Of a stretch of 45,600 nt of DNA, positions 28,083 through 36,719 are shown piece by piece. The translations under genes were made by a program, and so were the position numbers. This stretch comes from Patescibacteria group bacterium (GTDB taxonomy: Bacteria > Patescibacteriota > Minisyncoccia > Phycocordibacterales > UBA9973), in the NCBI GenBank assembly GCA_038061755.1, contig JBBTYN010000004.1, forward strand, positions 84,373 to 129,972. The letters run 5' to 3'. The notes under the pieces were generated by a model, which made no database searches, had not been told where the DNA came from, and saw nothing but the letters and a program-made list of their open reading frames with translations. Numbering within the stretch: the first letter of the stretch is position 1; each line of letters starts with the position of its first letter.

Positions 28083-29276
28083 TCAATTATACCATTTTTT
28101 TAGTTTTGTCAAAATTTTTGATAAAACTTTTATAGTATAAATAATATCTTTTTTTGTCGTATCTCTACCTAAAGAAAAACGTACTCCACCTATTTCCGGA
28201 TCTGCCTGAGAATTTCCTTTAGGATGCAATGCTTTTATCACATATGAACCTCCGCTCTCCCAACTTTTGCAAGCACTTTTAGCGGAAGCCATTATTCCCC
28301 GCGCTGATAGTTCAATAACTAAAAGGTCACTTGGAATTTTAGGAAATGTAATATTTATATTATTTGGCAATCTATTTTCCAAATCACCGTTTACTATTAA
28401 ATTTTCGCCAAAGCCTTGCTTTGGCAACTTTTGAAGTTGTTTTATAAAATAATCACGAAGATTGATTAAACGTTTTGTTTCTTGTTCTTTAATATTTTGT
28501 ACTGATTTTAACGCACGAGAAAATTTTAAAATCTCCGGTAAATTTTCTGTCCCTGGACGCAATCCATACTCTTGGTCTCCTCCGCCAAATACTTTCACAA
28601 GCTTAATATTTTTTCTTTTATAAAGAATTCCCACTCTACCAGATCCTTCTATTTTTGAACCAGAAAGTGAAAGTAAATCTACACCTAATTTTTCAACATG
28701 AAGATCTAAATAATTTACCGCCTGCACTGCATCAGTGTGAAAAAATGGAAAAATACTTAAATTTATTTTTCTACAATATTTAATTATTTTTGCAATTTCT
28801 TTTATTGGCTGTATCGTGCCGATTTCATTATTCGCATACATTACTGAAACAAGCACAGTATTTTTCTTAATTTCTTTTTTTATTTTTTTAGGATCCACTA
28901 TTCCGTTTATCTCAACTGGCACAATTGTTATTTCCACTAGTTTTCTTTTTACCAATAACTCAAAAGTCTCAAGCACTGAGGGATGTTCTATGTTCGTAGT
29001 TATGATATGTAGTCTTCGGGTGTTGGACACCAAATCTTCGGGTGTCCAACACCCGAAGATTACTCCTTGTATAGCAAGATTATTACTTTCGGTTCCTCCA
29101 CTTGTAAATATAATTTCTTCTTTACGAACACCTAAAACATCTGCCACATCATTACGGGCATTTTTCAATTTACTTTTAGCTTCTACTCCCAATGCATGTA
29201 TAGAGCTTGGATTTGGAGATGCTGAAGCCGCATAATCCATATATATTTTCTTTGGCTTTTTATTTGATTTAGGCAT
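28083..29276 (-). CDS. cysteine desulfurase (IscS/NifS group I)
   Basis: YMDYAA, FTSGGTESNN, EHPSV, NNEIGTIQP, HTDAVQ, RPGTEN, SAKSAC. Start 29276. Confidence 0.93.
   Translation of the reverse strand: MPKSNKKPKKIYMDYAASASPNPSSIHALGVEAKSKLKNARNDVADVLGVRKEEIIFTSGGTESNNLAIQGVIFGCWTPEDLVSNTRRLHIITTNIEHPSVLETFELLVKRKLVEITIVPVEINGIVDPKKIKKEIKKNTVLVSVMYANNEIGTIQPIKEIAKIIKYCRKINLSIFPFFHTDAVQAVNYLDLHVEKLGVDLLSLSGSKIEGSGRVGILYKRKNIKLVKVFGGGDQEYGLRPGTENLPEILKFSRALKSVQNIKEQETKRLINLRDYFIKQLQKLPKQGFGENLIVNGDLENRLPNNINITFPKIPSDLLVIELSARGIMASAKSACKSWESGGSYVIKALHPKGNSQADPEIGGVRFSLGRDTTKKDIIYTIKVLSKILTKLKKWYN
29013..29059. repeat. REP doublet, in frame inside the cysteine desulfurase gene
   Basis: Perfect 19-bp inverted repeat TCTTCGGGTGTTGGACACC / GGTGTCCAACACCCGAAGA with a 9-nt spacer. 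Confidence 0.9.
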
Positions 29277-29300
29277 AAAAATAGTATATATTGAAATTAC

Positions 29301-29756
29301 ATGAACACAAAGCTTCAAATTGTTTTTTTTATTTTTGTTAGCATTACCATTTTATTTGGGGCTGTTTGGGTAATCATTACTGAAAAACGCTTAAAGAGAT
29401 TTTTTCTTGGGAAAAAAGCAAAAGATTTAGAGGATACTATCATTTCACTAGAGCGGGATCTCGCTGAACTAAGTAAAGCGAAGAACACCATGCAAAAAGA
29501 TATTGCTACAATAAATGCCAAACTTAGAAAAAGCATATGCGGACTTGAAACAATACGTTTTAATCCTTTCCCTGATCAAGGTAGTAATCAAAGTTTTGCA
29601 ATTGGAATGCTAAATGAAGAAAATGATGGTTTAGTAATTTCAAGTTTATATTCTCGTGAACGAATGAGTATTTTTGCTAAGCCTGTTAAAAATGGAAAAT
29701 CTGAATACGAACTCACAACTGAAGAAAAAGAAGTTTTGAAAAAAGCTCAAATATAA
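29301..29756 (+). CDS. DUF4446-like membrane protein
   Basis: TM helix plus coiled coil, RFNPF...GSNQSFAI, SSLYSRE, YELTTEEKE. Confidence 0.8.
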   Translation: MNTKLQIVFFIFVSITILFGAVWVIITEKRLKRFFLGKKAKDLEDTIISLERDLAELSKAKNTMQKDIATINAKLRKSICGLETIRFNPFPDQGSNQSFAIGMLNEENDGLVISSLYSRERMSIFAKPVKNGKSEYELTTEEKEVLKKAQI

Positions 29757-31252
29757 TGGAAAAAAATAAACAAAAAGAAAATATAATGAATCGTCCACCT
29801 GTTGTAGTAATTATGGGTCATATTGATCATGGCAAATCAACTTTACTTGATTATATCAGAAAAACAAACATAGTAGAAAAAGAAACTGGAGGGATAACTC
29901 AAGCGATTTCTGCTTACGAAGTTGTCCATCAAAATAAAAAAATAACTTTTATAGATACTCCTGGGCATGAAGCTTTTTCAAAAATGAGAGAACGTGGCGC
30001 CAAAATAGCAGACATCGCTATTTTAGTTATCTCTGCAGAAGATGGTGTAAAAATGCAAACAATTGAAGCGTGGAAAACTATCGTGGAATCCAACACTCCA
30101 TGCATTGTCGCCATAAATAAAATAGATAAGCCAGGCGCCAATATAGAAAAAACAAAACAAGAATTAGCAGAAAAAGAAATTTATTTGGAAAATTATGGAG
30201 GTAAAATTCCTTTTGCAGAAATTTCTGCAAAAATTGGCACAGGAGTAGATGACTTACTCTCACTTATTCTAATTCTAGCAGAAATGGAAAACTTAACTGG
30301 AGACGGTTCTTTAGATGCTTCTGGTTTTGTAATTGAAGTAAACTTGGATTCTAAACGTGGAATAATGGCAACCTTGATCATAAAAAATGGATCCATAAAA
30401 AATGGAATGACTATAGTAGTCGAAGATGCTATGTGTTCCACGCGTATAATAGAAAATTTTTTAGGAAAAATAATAAACGAAGCTACTTTCTCTTCACCTA
30501 TACGTATTGTAGGTTTTGATAAGATGCCTAAAGTGGGCACGCAATTTAAAACTTTTCAAAAAAAATCAGATGCCGTAAAATATATAGAAAATTGGAAAGA
30601 AGGAAAAAATCTTGAGAAAACAAAAAATAAAAAAGAAGAAAGTAATAAAAAAATAATACCAATAATACTAAAAGCAGACGTCTCTGGTTCTATTGAAGCT
30701 ATTGAGAAAGAAATTGCTAAAATAAATGACGAAAATGCTGAATTCAAAATTGTATCAAAAGGTATCGGACCTATCACTGAATCTGACATCAAGGGGGTAT
30801 CTTGCGGAGCTGATGTAATAGTCATAGGATTTAATGTAAAGACAGACAAAAGTGCACTTGAAGTTGCAGAAAAAAGAGGCATCACTATATCCTTTTTTGA
30901 AATTATTTATAAAATGACAGAGTGGCTTGAAACGCAAATGGAGGAAAAAAGGCCAAAAATTGAAACTGTGGAAGTGACTGGCCGGGCAAAAATTATTCGT
31001 GCTTTTAGCCGTACAAAAGAACGCCAAATAGTAGGAGGCAAGGTAACAGAAGGACAAATCAATCTAAACAGTACCATCAGAATAATGCGTCGAGAATTCG
31101 AAATTGGTCGCGGAAAAATTATTAATTTAGAAAAAAATAAAACAAAAGTCAGCGTGGTAGACGAAGGTTCTGAATTTGGAATGATGATTGAATCAAAAAT
31201 AGAAGTTGTCGCCGGAGACATACTAGAATCATTTTCAATGATACAAAAATGA
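29756..31252 (+). CDS. infB: translation initiation factor IF-2, short form
   Basis: RPPVVVIMGHIDHGKS, GGITQ, DTPGHEAF, KADVSGS, IGFNV. Confidence 0.97.
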   Translation: MEKNKQKENIMNRPPVVVIMGHIDHGKSTLLDYIRKTNIVEKETGGITQAISAYEVVHQNKKITFIDTPGHEAFSKMRERGAKIADIAILVISAEDGVKMQTIEAWKTIVESNTPCIVAINKIDKPGANIEKTKQELAEKEIYLENYGGKIPFAEISAKIGTGVDDLLSLILILAEMENLTGDGSLDASGFVIEVNLDSKRGIMATLIIKNGSIKNGMTIVVEDAMCSTRIIENFLGKIINEATFSSPIRIVGFDKMPKVGTQFKTFQKKSDAVKYIENWKEGKNLEKTKNKKEESNKKIIPIILKADVSGSIEAIEKEIAKINDENAEFKIVSKGIGPITESDIKGVSCGADVIVIGFNVKTDKSALEVAEKRGITISFFEIIYKMTEWLETQMEEKRPKIETVEVTGRAKIIRAFSRTKERQIVGGKVTEGQINLNSTIRIMRREFEIGRGKIINLEKNKTKVSVVDEGSEFGMMIESKIEVVAGDILESFSMIQK

Positions 31253-31572
31253 CAGAAAGAAATGAAAAAGTAGCAAATCAAATCAAGAAGCTCTCAGCGC
31301 AGTTTTTAGGACGCGAAAATAATAAAACTTCACTCATCACCGTCACTTCTGCGACCACCTCTCCTGATTTAAAACGAGCCACTATATTCATCACCGTACT
31401 TCCAAACTCTAAAGAAAAGTCTGCCTTAGATTTTGTAAAACGAAAGCTTAAAGATTTACGAGAATATTTGAAAAAAAATATGCCGATAAAAATAATTCCT
31501 TTTCTAAATGTAGCCATAGATCTAGGAGAAAAAAATAGGCAAAAAATTGACGAATTGCTTCGAGAAAAGTAG
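31249..31572 (+). CDS. rbfA: ribosome-binding factor A
   Basis: ITVT...SPDLKRATIFI, IPFL..D; ATGA overlap with infB. Confidence 0.9.
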   Translation: MTERNEKVANQIKKLSAQFLGRENNKTSLITVTSATTSPDLKRATIFITVLPNSKEKSALDFVKRKLKDLREYLKKNMPIKIIPFLNVAIDLGEKNRQKIDELLREK

Positions 31573-31583
31573 GATATAAGAAC

Positions 31584-31632
31584 GGCCTGGTAGCCAAGAG
31601 GCGTGAGCGTAGCGAATATGACATTCCTCTGC
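31584..31632 (+). pseudogene. interrupted 5' half copy of tRNA-Cys
   Basis: 18 nt (GGCCTGGTAGCCAAGAGG) and 11 nt (CATTCCTCTGC) identical to the tRNA at 31680, separated by 20 nt instead of 5. Confidence 0.8.
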
Positions 31633-31679
31633 GCAGAGGCTTAAGATTAATAAGTAAGTTATTTAATTAGATAAGTATC

Positions 31680-31751
31680 GGCCTGGTAGCCAAGAGGTAA
31701 GGCATTCCTCTGCAAAAGGAATATACGGCGGTTCGATTCCGCCCCAGGCCT
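31680..31751 (+). tRNA. tRNA-Cys(GCA)
   Basis: GGCCTGG/CCAGGCC, TTCCT-CTGCAAA-AGGAA, GTTCGATTC, discriminator T. Confidence 0.97.
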
Positions 31752-31872
31752 CAAAAAATTAAATAGTTTTAATTTTTTGCTAGTTCGCTGAAAGCGAAAT
31801 TGCCGATGTGAGACAAGGTCGAACAGGCAATAAGAAAAAAAATATGTTAAAATATTTTAGGATAAATAATTT

Positions 31873-31954
31873 GCCCGAGTGGCGGAACAGGTATACGCGC
31901 ACGACTTAAAATCGTGTCTCGCAAGGGATGTGGGTTCGACCCCCACCTCGGGCA
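31873..31954 (+). tRNA. tRNA-Leu(TAA)
   Basis: GCCCGAG/CTCGGGC, CACGA-CTTAAAA-TCGTG, long variable arm. Confidence 0.97.
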
Positions 31955-31970
31955 CACAATTAAATAATTT

Positions 31971-32043
31971 GCGCCCTTAGCTCAGCTGGTAGAGCAGATC
32001 CCTCTTAAGGATAAGGTCGAAGGTTCGATCCCTTCAGGGCGCA
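31971..32043 (+). tRNA. tRNA-Lys(CTT)
   Basis: GCGCCCT/AGGGCGC, ATCC-CTCTTAA-GGAT, GTTCGATCC. Confidence 0.95.
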
Positions 32044-32123
32044 CATTATATGCACTATAAATTAAAAAAATATATTTTAATAAAAAGATTGGCATATGCT
32101 ATATGTTTTAGTATAATAAGAAT

Positions 32124-32774
32124 ATGGCATATAGAAAAAGTAATGTTAAATTAATTTGGAATAATAATTTCGCATATATTATTGGCATCATTGCAACTGA
32201 TGGTAATTTATCTAGTGATTTAAGACACCTCATAATTACATCAAAAGATTATGAAATGGTCACAAATTGTAAAAAATATCTAAGACTTAAAAATAAAATA
32301 AGCAGAACAGCTAGAGGAGGTTCAATAGATAAAAAGTATTATATGCTCCAATTTGGAGATAAAAATTTTTTTGAATTTTTATTAAAATTAGGATTAACTC
32401 CAAAAAAATCAAAAACAATGTCAAAATTAAAAATACCTCAAAAATATTTTGCAGATTTTTTTAGAGGATGCATAGACGGAGATGGAAGTATTTCAATATC
32501 AAAACACAAAGAAAGTAAACATCCACAATATAAAATACGCCTTTGTTCAGCAAGCAATGATTTCTTAGATTGGATCTTGAAATTCTGCAAGATATCTTTT
32601 AGTATTGCTGGCGGTTCAATTTCAAAAACCAATAAATCCTCTGTATATACTCTAACTTTTGCTAAAAAAGATAGTATAAAAATATTAAAGATGATTTATT
32701 TTAAAAATGTGCTATGCTTATCTAGAAAGAAAAAAATTGCATTGAAAATACTGGGCGAGTGGCGTAATTGGTAG
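32124..32774 (+). CDS. free-standing two-motif LAGLIDADG endonuclease-like protein
   Basis: FAYIIGIIATDG and FFRGCIDGDGS, C-terminal LSRK. Promoter TTGGCA-17-TATAAT ends 6 nt before the ATG. Confidence 0.9.
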   Translation: MAYRKSNVKLIWNNNFAYIIGIIATDGNLSSDLRHLIITSKDYEMVTNCKKYLRLKNKISRTARGGSIDKKYYMLQFGDKNFFEFLLKLGLTPKKSKTMSKLKIPQKYFADFFRGCIDGDGSISISKHKESKHPQYKIRLCSASNDFLDWILKFCKISFSIAGGSISKTNKSSVYTLTFAKKDSIKILKMIYFKNVLCLSRKKKIALKILGEWRNW

Positions 32775-32834
32775 CCGCGCTAGTCTTAGGAACTAGTGGA
32801 GCAATCCATGGGAGTTCGATTCTCCCCTCGCCCA
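32753..32834 (+). tRNA. tRNA-Leu(TAG)
   Basis: GGGCGAG/CTCGCCC, CTAGT-CTTAGGA-ACTAG, long variable arm; first 22 nt overlap the LAGLIDADG ORF. Confidence 0.97.
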
Positions 32835-32838
32835 CTAC

Positions 32839-32867
32839 TTGACATTTATATTTATAAGTGCTATACT
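32839..32867 (+). promoter_or_regulatory. consensus sigma70 promoter (leaderless geometry)
   Basis: TTGACA, 17-nt spacer, (TGc)TATACT; ATG at 32874. Confidence 0.85.
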
Positions 32868-32873
32868 ATACTT

Positions 32874-33524
32874 ATGAATACAACAAGCAACAATAAAATA
32901 ATTTTTGGCTTTAAAATATTATCTATATTAGCGTTTAGCTTATTGATTATACCCGCAAAAGTTTTTGCAACAGCTGGTTATGTTGATAACCCAACACCTT
33001 ATATTGCATCCATAAGCCCAGATTCTAGTAACAGCAATATTGGATCAAATGTTGTTATAACAATCACAGGAGATGGATTCGTTCCAAGTTCAAAAGCTAG
33101 AGTCAATGGTTCTGACCGCATGACGACTTTTATAGATTATTCTCATCTTTTGATTAGATTAAATTCAAACGATACTTACAACACTAATGGAATTTACATT
33201 AATATTTTTAATGGATTTCCCGGTGGAGGATATTCTAATGCGAAATTGTTTACCATAAATAATGGAGCACCTATTACCAACACAAATAATACTTATTCAA
33301 ACACAAATACAAATCAAGCAGAAAATGCAACAACTACTAAAGACACAAACTCAAACTCTAGCAACCTCGCTTCCGCAGCTATTTTTGGATCAACTGGCTT
33401 CTTGCCTTCCGGCCTGATGCAGTGGATTTTGTTTGCAATAATTATTCTGCTTATCGTTATCTTAGCAAGAAGGTTCTTTGGTGCTGACGCAAAATACAAC
33501 CAAGCGCCAATGAAACACTCATAA
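32874..33524 (+). CDS. surface protein: signal peptide, IPT/TIG-like domain, Asn/Thr linker, C-terminal TM anchor
   Basis: PYIASISP...ITITGDGF...TTFID..L...NxxPGGGYSN. The ORF-track start at 32796 lies inside the tRNA, so the start was revised. Confidence 0.8.
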   Translation: MNTTSNNKIIFGFKILSILAFSLLIIPAKVFATAGYVDNPTPYIASISPDSSNSNIGSNVVITITGDGFVPSSKARVNGSDRMTTFIDYSHLLIRLNSNDTYNTNGIYINIFNGFPGGGYSNAKLFTINNGAPITNTNNTYSNTNTNQAENATTTKDTNSNSSNLASAAIFGSTGFLPSGLMQWILFAIIILLIVILARRFFGADAKYNQAPMKHS

Positions 33525-33555
33525 AAAAAACACTTTAAAATAAAGAAAATTAACA

Positions 33556-33587
33556 AAAAAGTCAGCCCTAATTGGGGTTGACTTTTT
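33556..33587. terminator. terminator hairpin overlapping the -35 of the next promoter
   Basis: AAAAAGTCAGCCC...GGGTTGACTTTTT; TTGACT 33578-33583, TACAAT 33600-33605. Confidence 0.7.
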
Positions 33588-33749
33588 AGTTTTGTATGAT
33601 ACAATACACAAGTAATCTGCCCCTTGAAAAGTAAATAAATACGGAGAAAATCTCCGTTGAAAATATAGAAACATTAGAGGAGTTTCTCCTCTAAAACAAA
33701 ATTTGCGCCTGCGGGCGCTCAACCGCGCTTTGGCGCAAAGGAGGATGTC

Positions 33750-34694
33750 ATGGAAGACGTGGATAAAAAAGAGGTAGAAAGAAAAGAAAGAAAAGAAGAA
33801 AGAGAGAAAAGAAGGAAAGAAATAGAAAAAAAGCACAGCAATATGGATATCGTTTTAGGAGTTTTATTTATGGTCCTAACGATTATCTTAGGAATTTTTG
33901 GTATAGCTATTGGTTTTGCAGGTGCTTGGCTGGCAACAATTATCCTCATTGTTCTAGAGGGGGCGATCATTAGATTTAAAAAGATAGAGGTAGGCTTTAA
34001 AGCACAATACCTCTTTCTAGGGACTAGAATACAATATTTTGTAAAGGAGGGCTGGCATGTAGTGCTATGGCCTTTTTTCAAAATAAAACAAATTGATTGC
34101 CGTGCAGTCACAACGGCAATGGATGAGCAAAATGTATTCACAATAGACAATGTGGAGGTGAAGGTAGAAAAACCCTCCATTGTTTCGCAAGTTGTCGATG
34201 TAGATTTATATCAAAACCTAAACCCGACGAACTTGTCGGGGCTGTTAGATGATGTGGTGGATGAAAATGTCCGCCATAAAATAAGAAACACCCAATTGGA
34301 AAACGTACTTGGGATGAAATTCAGTGTTGATGAAGACGACATTGAGCACAGCCTCGACCGATGGGGAATCGACATTTTGAGAATTATAGTACCGGATGTC
34401 TTGCCAGTGAATAAAGAATTTATTGATTCACAAGAGCTGAAGACAAAAGAAGTTCTTCAGCGAGAAGGACAAAGAGTCCAGGCCAGACATCATGCTGACC
34501 TAATCAAGTTTTTCTCAGGAACTGAACAACTTGGGAACGAAGGACCTACAGGTCCTGGACTTCCAGTCGAATTAGCAAACGAAGCAGCCTTGATCCATAT
34601 GGACAAGACAGAAAAGAAAAAACTAACATCCAGTAATTTTGGACTCGACAAAACTACAGTCGAGGCAATCGTAGAAACAATCAAAAGGAGATAG
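33750..34694 (+). CDS. SPFH/band-7 domain membrane protein
   Basis: Two TM helices, FLGTR...EGWHVVLWPF, TIDNVEV, RWGIDILRI; SD AAGGAGG. Confidence 0.8.
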   Translation: MEDVDKKEVERKERKEEREKRRKEIEKKHSNMDIVLGVLFMVLTIILGIFGIAIGFAGAWLATIILIVLEGAIIRFKKIEVGFKAQYLFLGTRIQYFVKEGWHVVLWPFFKIKQIDCRAVTTAMDEQNVFTIDNVEVKVEKPSIVSQVVDVDLYQNLNPTNLSGLLDDVVDENVRHKIRNTQLENVLGMKFSVDEDDIEHSLDRWGIDILRIIVPDVLPVNKEFIDSQELKTKEVLQREGQRVQARHHADLIKFFSGTEQLGNEGPTGPGLPVELANEAALIHMDKTEKKKLTSSNFGLDKTTVEAIVETIKRR

Positions 34695-34699
34695 TATAA

Positions 34700-35119
34700 A
34701 TGATAAAATTAATTTTGGGAGTTCTTGCCACTATATTAGTAATAATATTAGTGGTCTGGGGGTCTCATTGGATAATGACTCCGTCACCCCACAAAGTAGA
34801 GGAACAAAAACAAAAAGCCTCAGCTGAACTGAGGGCAAGAGAACTTGCTAAGGCTCAGCCGGCCATACCCACTACCAGTGGTGAAAAAAAAAGGAGGACG
34901 CTTTATGTCTTCCCTCCCGATGGATGCGTTACTAAGTTTCTTCAGGGAGACTGGAGTGACTATCCAAAAGGAAAAGGCAGAATAACTTTTTCCGACTCAA
35001 CGGGAAAGGTTGTCCTGACAGATGAACCTGGCACTTACACGGGCTCAAAGTTGCCTGCAGGCAACTATAAAATCTGCAAAAAAGATCCTGGCGCATGGGG
35101 CGTCGAGATCTGGGAGTAA
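34700..35119 (+). CDS. membrane-anchored hypothetical protein, operonic with the SPFH gene
   Basis: N-terminal TM helix, two Cys, SD AAGGAG, 5 nt after the SPFH stop. Confidence 0.75.
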   Translation: MIKLILGVLATILVIILVVWGSHWIMTPSPHKVEEQKQKASAELRARELAKAQPAIPTTSGEKKRRTLYVFPPDGCVTKFLQGDWSDYPKGKGRITFSDSTGKVVLTDEPGTYTGSKLPAGNYKICKKDPGAWGVEIWE

Positions 35120-35146
35120 TGGCCAATAATCGCGCTGGCCACGCAC

Positions 35147-35182
35147 AAGGGCGGACTCGTTTCACACGATGTCCGCCCTTTT
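35147..35182 (+). terminator. intrinsic terminator
   Basis: AAGGGCGGAC-TCGT...ACGA-T-GTCCGCCCTT-TT. Confidence 0.8.
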
Positions 35183-35210
35183 ATATTTCTACTCAATTAT
35201 TTAGATTATT

Positions 35211-35543
35211 TTATTGACCCAAATTCACTGTTCCCTGTTCTGGATCTATTTGACTCTTTGATATTCCTAAAGTATTTAGAACAATACTAAGAATAGTCCA
35301 AACTCCCATCATAATCGTAATACCAACAATCCCCCACATCATATGACTTTTACCAGTTGTCTTTTTCTCTTCATTCTCTTGATTTGAAAGAAATTCAAAT
35401 ACACCGTAAAGAAAATACACAACAGCTAAAGCAAAAAGAAGTCCAATAATCGGATTTATGATCATGTTATCAACATTTGCAATAAATCCATTCAAGCTCG
35501 TGCTCGCAGCATAAGCTATCTTTGTAGAGAAAAAGTCAATCAT
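35211..35543 (-). CDS. VirB2/TrbC-like pilin
   Basis: IAYA signal, TM-(EEKKTTGKSHMMWGIVG)-TM hairpin. Confidence 0.75.
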   Translation of the reverse strand: MIDFFSTKIAYAASTSLNGFIANVDNMIINPIIGLLFALAVVYFLYGVFEFLSNQENEEKKTTGKSHMMWGIVGITIMMGVWTILSIVLNTLGISKSQIDPEQGTVNLGQ

Positions 35544-35574
35544 CTATATAAAAATTTTATTACCTAATAACTAA

Positions 35575-35955
35575 TTATTGTATTGTCGGTAAAGTAATAT
35601 TTGTACTATTACTGCCAGAAAGACCGAAAGTATTTGTTAAAATATTTACAAGCCCCCACAAAGATACAATAACAGCCAAGCCAATAATACCAGCAATAAT
35701 TTTATTTCTTCCTTTTGTTTTTGCTTCTTCATCAGCAGAAATAACAAAAGAAATAACTCCCCACACAAAATAAACTACCGCTAAGGCAATCAAAACCGGA
35801 ACAACCGAATTAAGAAGTTGCCCAATTTTACACATTACTGAACTTAAATCTGTAATCGTCCCTACACTACAAACGTTACCAGTAGATGCTGCCAATGCAA
35901 CAACTGGCGCTAAGCTTAAAACAAAACTTGATAATACAATTACTTTCTTTTTCAT
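35575..35955 (-). CDS. VirB2/TrbC-like pilin
   Basis: Signal peptide, YFVWGVI...EEAKTKGRNKIIAGIIGLAV..LWGLV. Confidence 0.8.
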   Translation of the reverse strand: MKKKVIVLSSFVLSLAPVVALAASTGNVCSVGTITDLSSVMCKIGQLLNSVVPVLIALAVVYFVWGVISFVISADEEAKTKGRNKIIAGIIGLAVIVSLWGLVNILTNTFGLSGSNSTNITLPTIQ

Positions 35956-36052
35956 AATTTTATAACTAACTTCTAATAATAAATGCGACCTAATAATAAA
36001 CTAATAATATTTTTTAATTATACCTTTTCAAAAGATACGTAGCAAATACTTA

Positions 36053-36715
36053 TTAACAACTCCCTGTTACTGGATCTACCTGACCACCACCAAGACAAGG
36101 ACCCTGAAATAGCTGCGAAGAAGAACTAGAACCCGGAGGAGTAACCTTTGGAAGAATTGAAGTGCCAACACCAAAAGTAACGCCTAGTATTCCTACTAAT
36201 CCCCAAACAGACAACATCACTGCCAAAGCAATAATACCCCAAATCATAAATTGCTTACCTTGAGCTCTTTTTGCTTCTTCATTAGCATTAATTATAAAAA
36301 ACTGTATCACTCCCCAAACAAACATCACGATAGCTACAGCAAAAATCAAAGGAATCACAGCATTGTTAATAATACCAGTGATATAACACAAGACATCTTG
36401 AAATTTTGGATTACCGACGAGAGTACAGGTGGCAGCTGTTCCCGTTAAAGCAGAAAGAGAAGGAGCAGAAATGCTTCCTGAAAAAAAAGTTTTAACAACA
36501 ATATTTACTAGTCCCCACAAACCAACAATAACTGCAAAACCAATCACGCCGTAAATCATTACGTCTTTTCCTTTTTTCTTTGCTTCTTCGCCATCAGCGA
36601 TAACATACTGCACTACTCCCCAAACAAAATAAACTACGCCCAAAGCAACTAAAACTGGAACAATAGAATTAAGAATTTCTTGAAACTTTGATATTACATT
36701 CGTTATATTATTCAT
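36053..36715 (-). CDS. tandem two-domain VirB2/TrbC-like pilin
   Basis: Two copies of FVWGV.Q....EEAK..GK..MI.G.I...V...WGLV. Confidence 0.8.
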   Translation of the reverse strand: MNNITNVISKFQEILNSIVPVLVALGVVYFVWGVVQYVIADGEEAKKKGKDVMIYGVIGFAVIVGLWGLVNIVVKTFFSGSISAPSLSALTGTAATCTLVGNPKFQDVLCYITGIINNAVIPLIFAVAIVMFVWGVIQFFIINANEEAKRAQGKQFMIWGIIALAVMLSVWGLVGILGVTFGVGTSILPKVTPPGSSSSSQLFQGPCLGGGQVDPVTGSC

Positions 36716-36719
36716 ATTT

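Noticed and set aside
31784-31831. Small hairpins between tRNA-Cys and tRNA-Leu
   Set aside because: Short stems with no recognisable tRNA or ncRNA fold.
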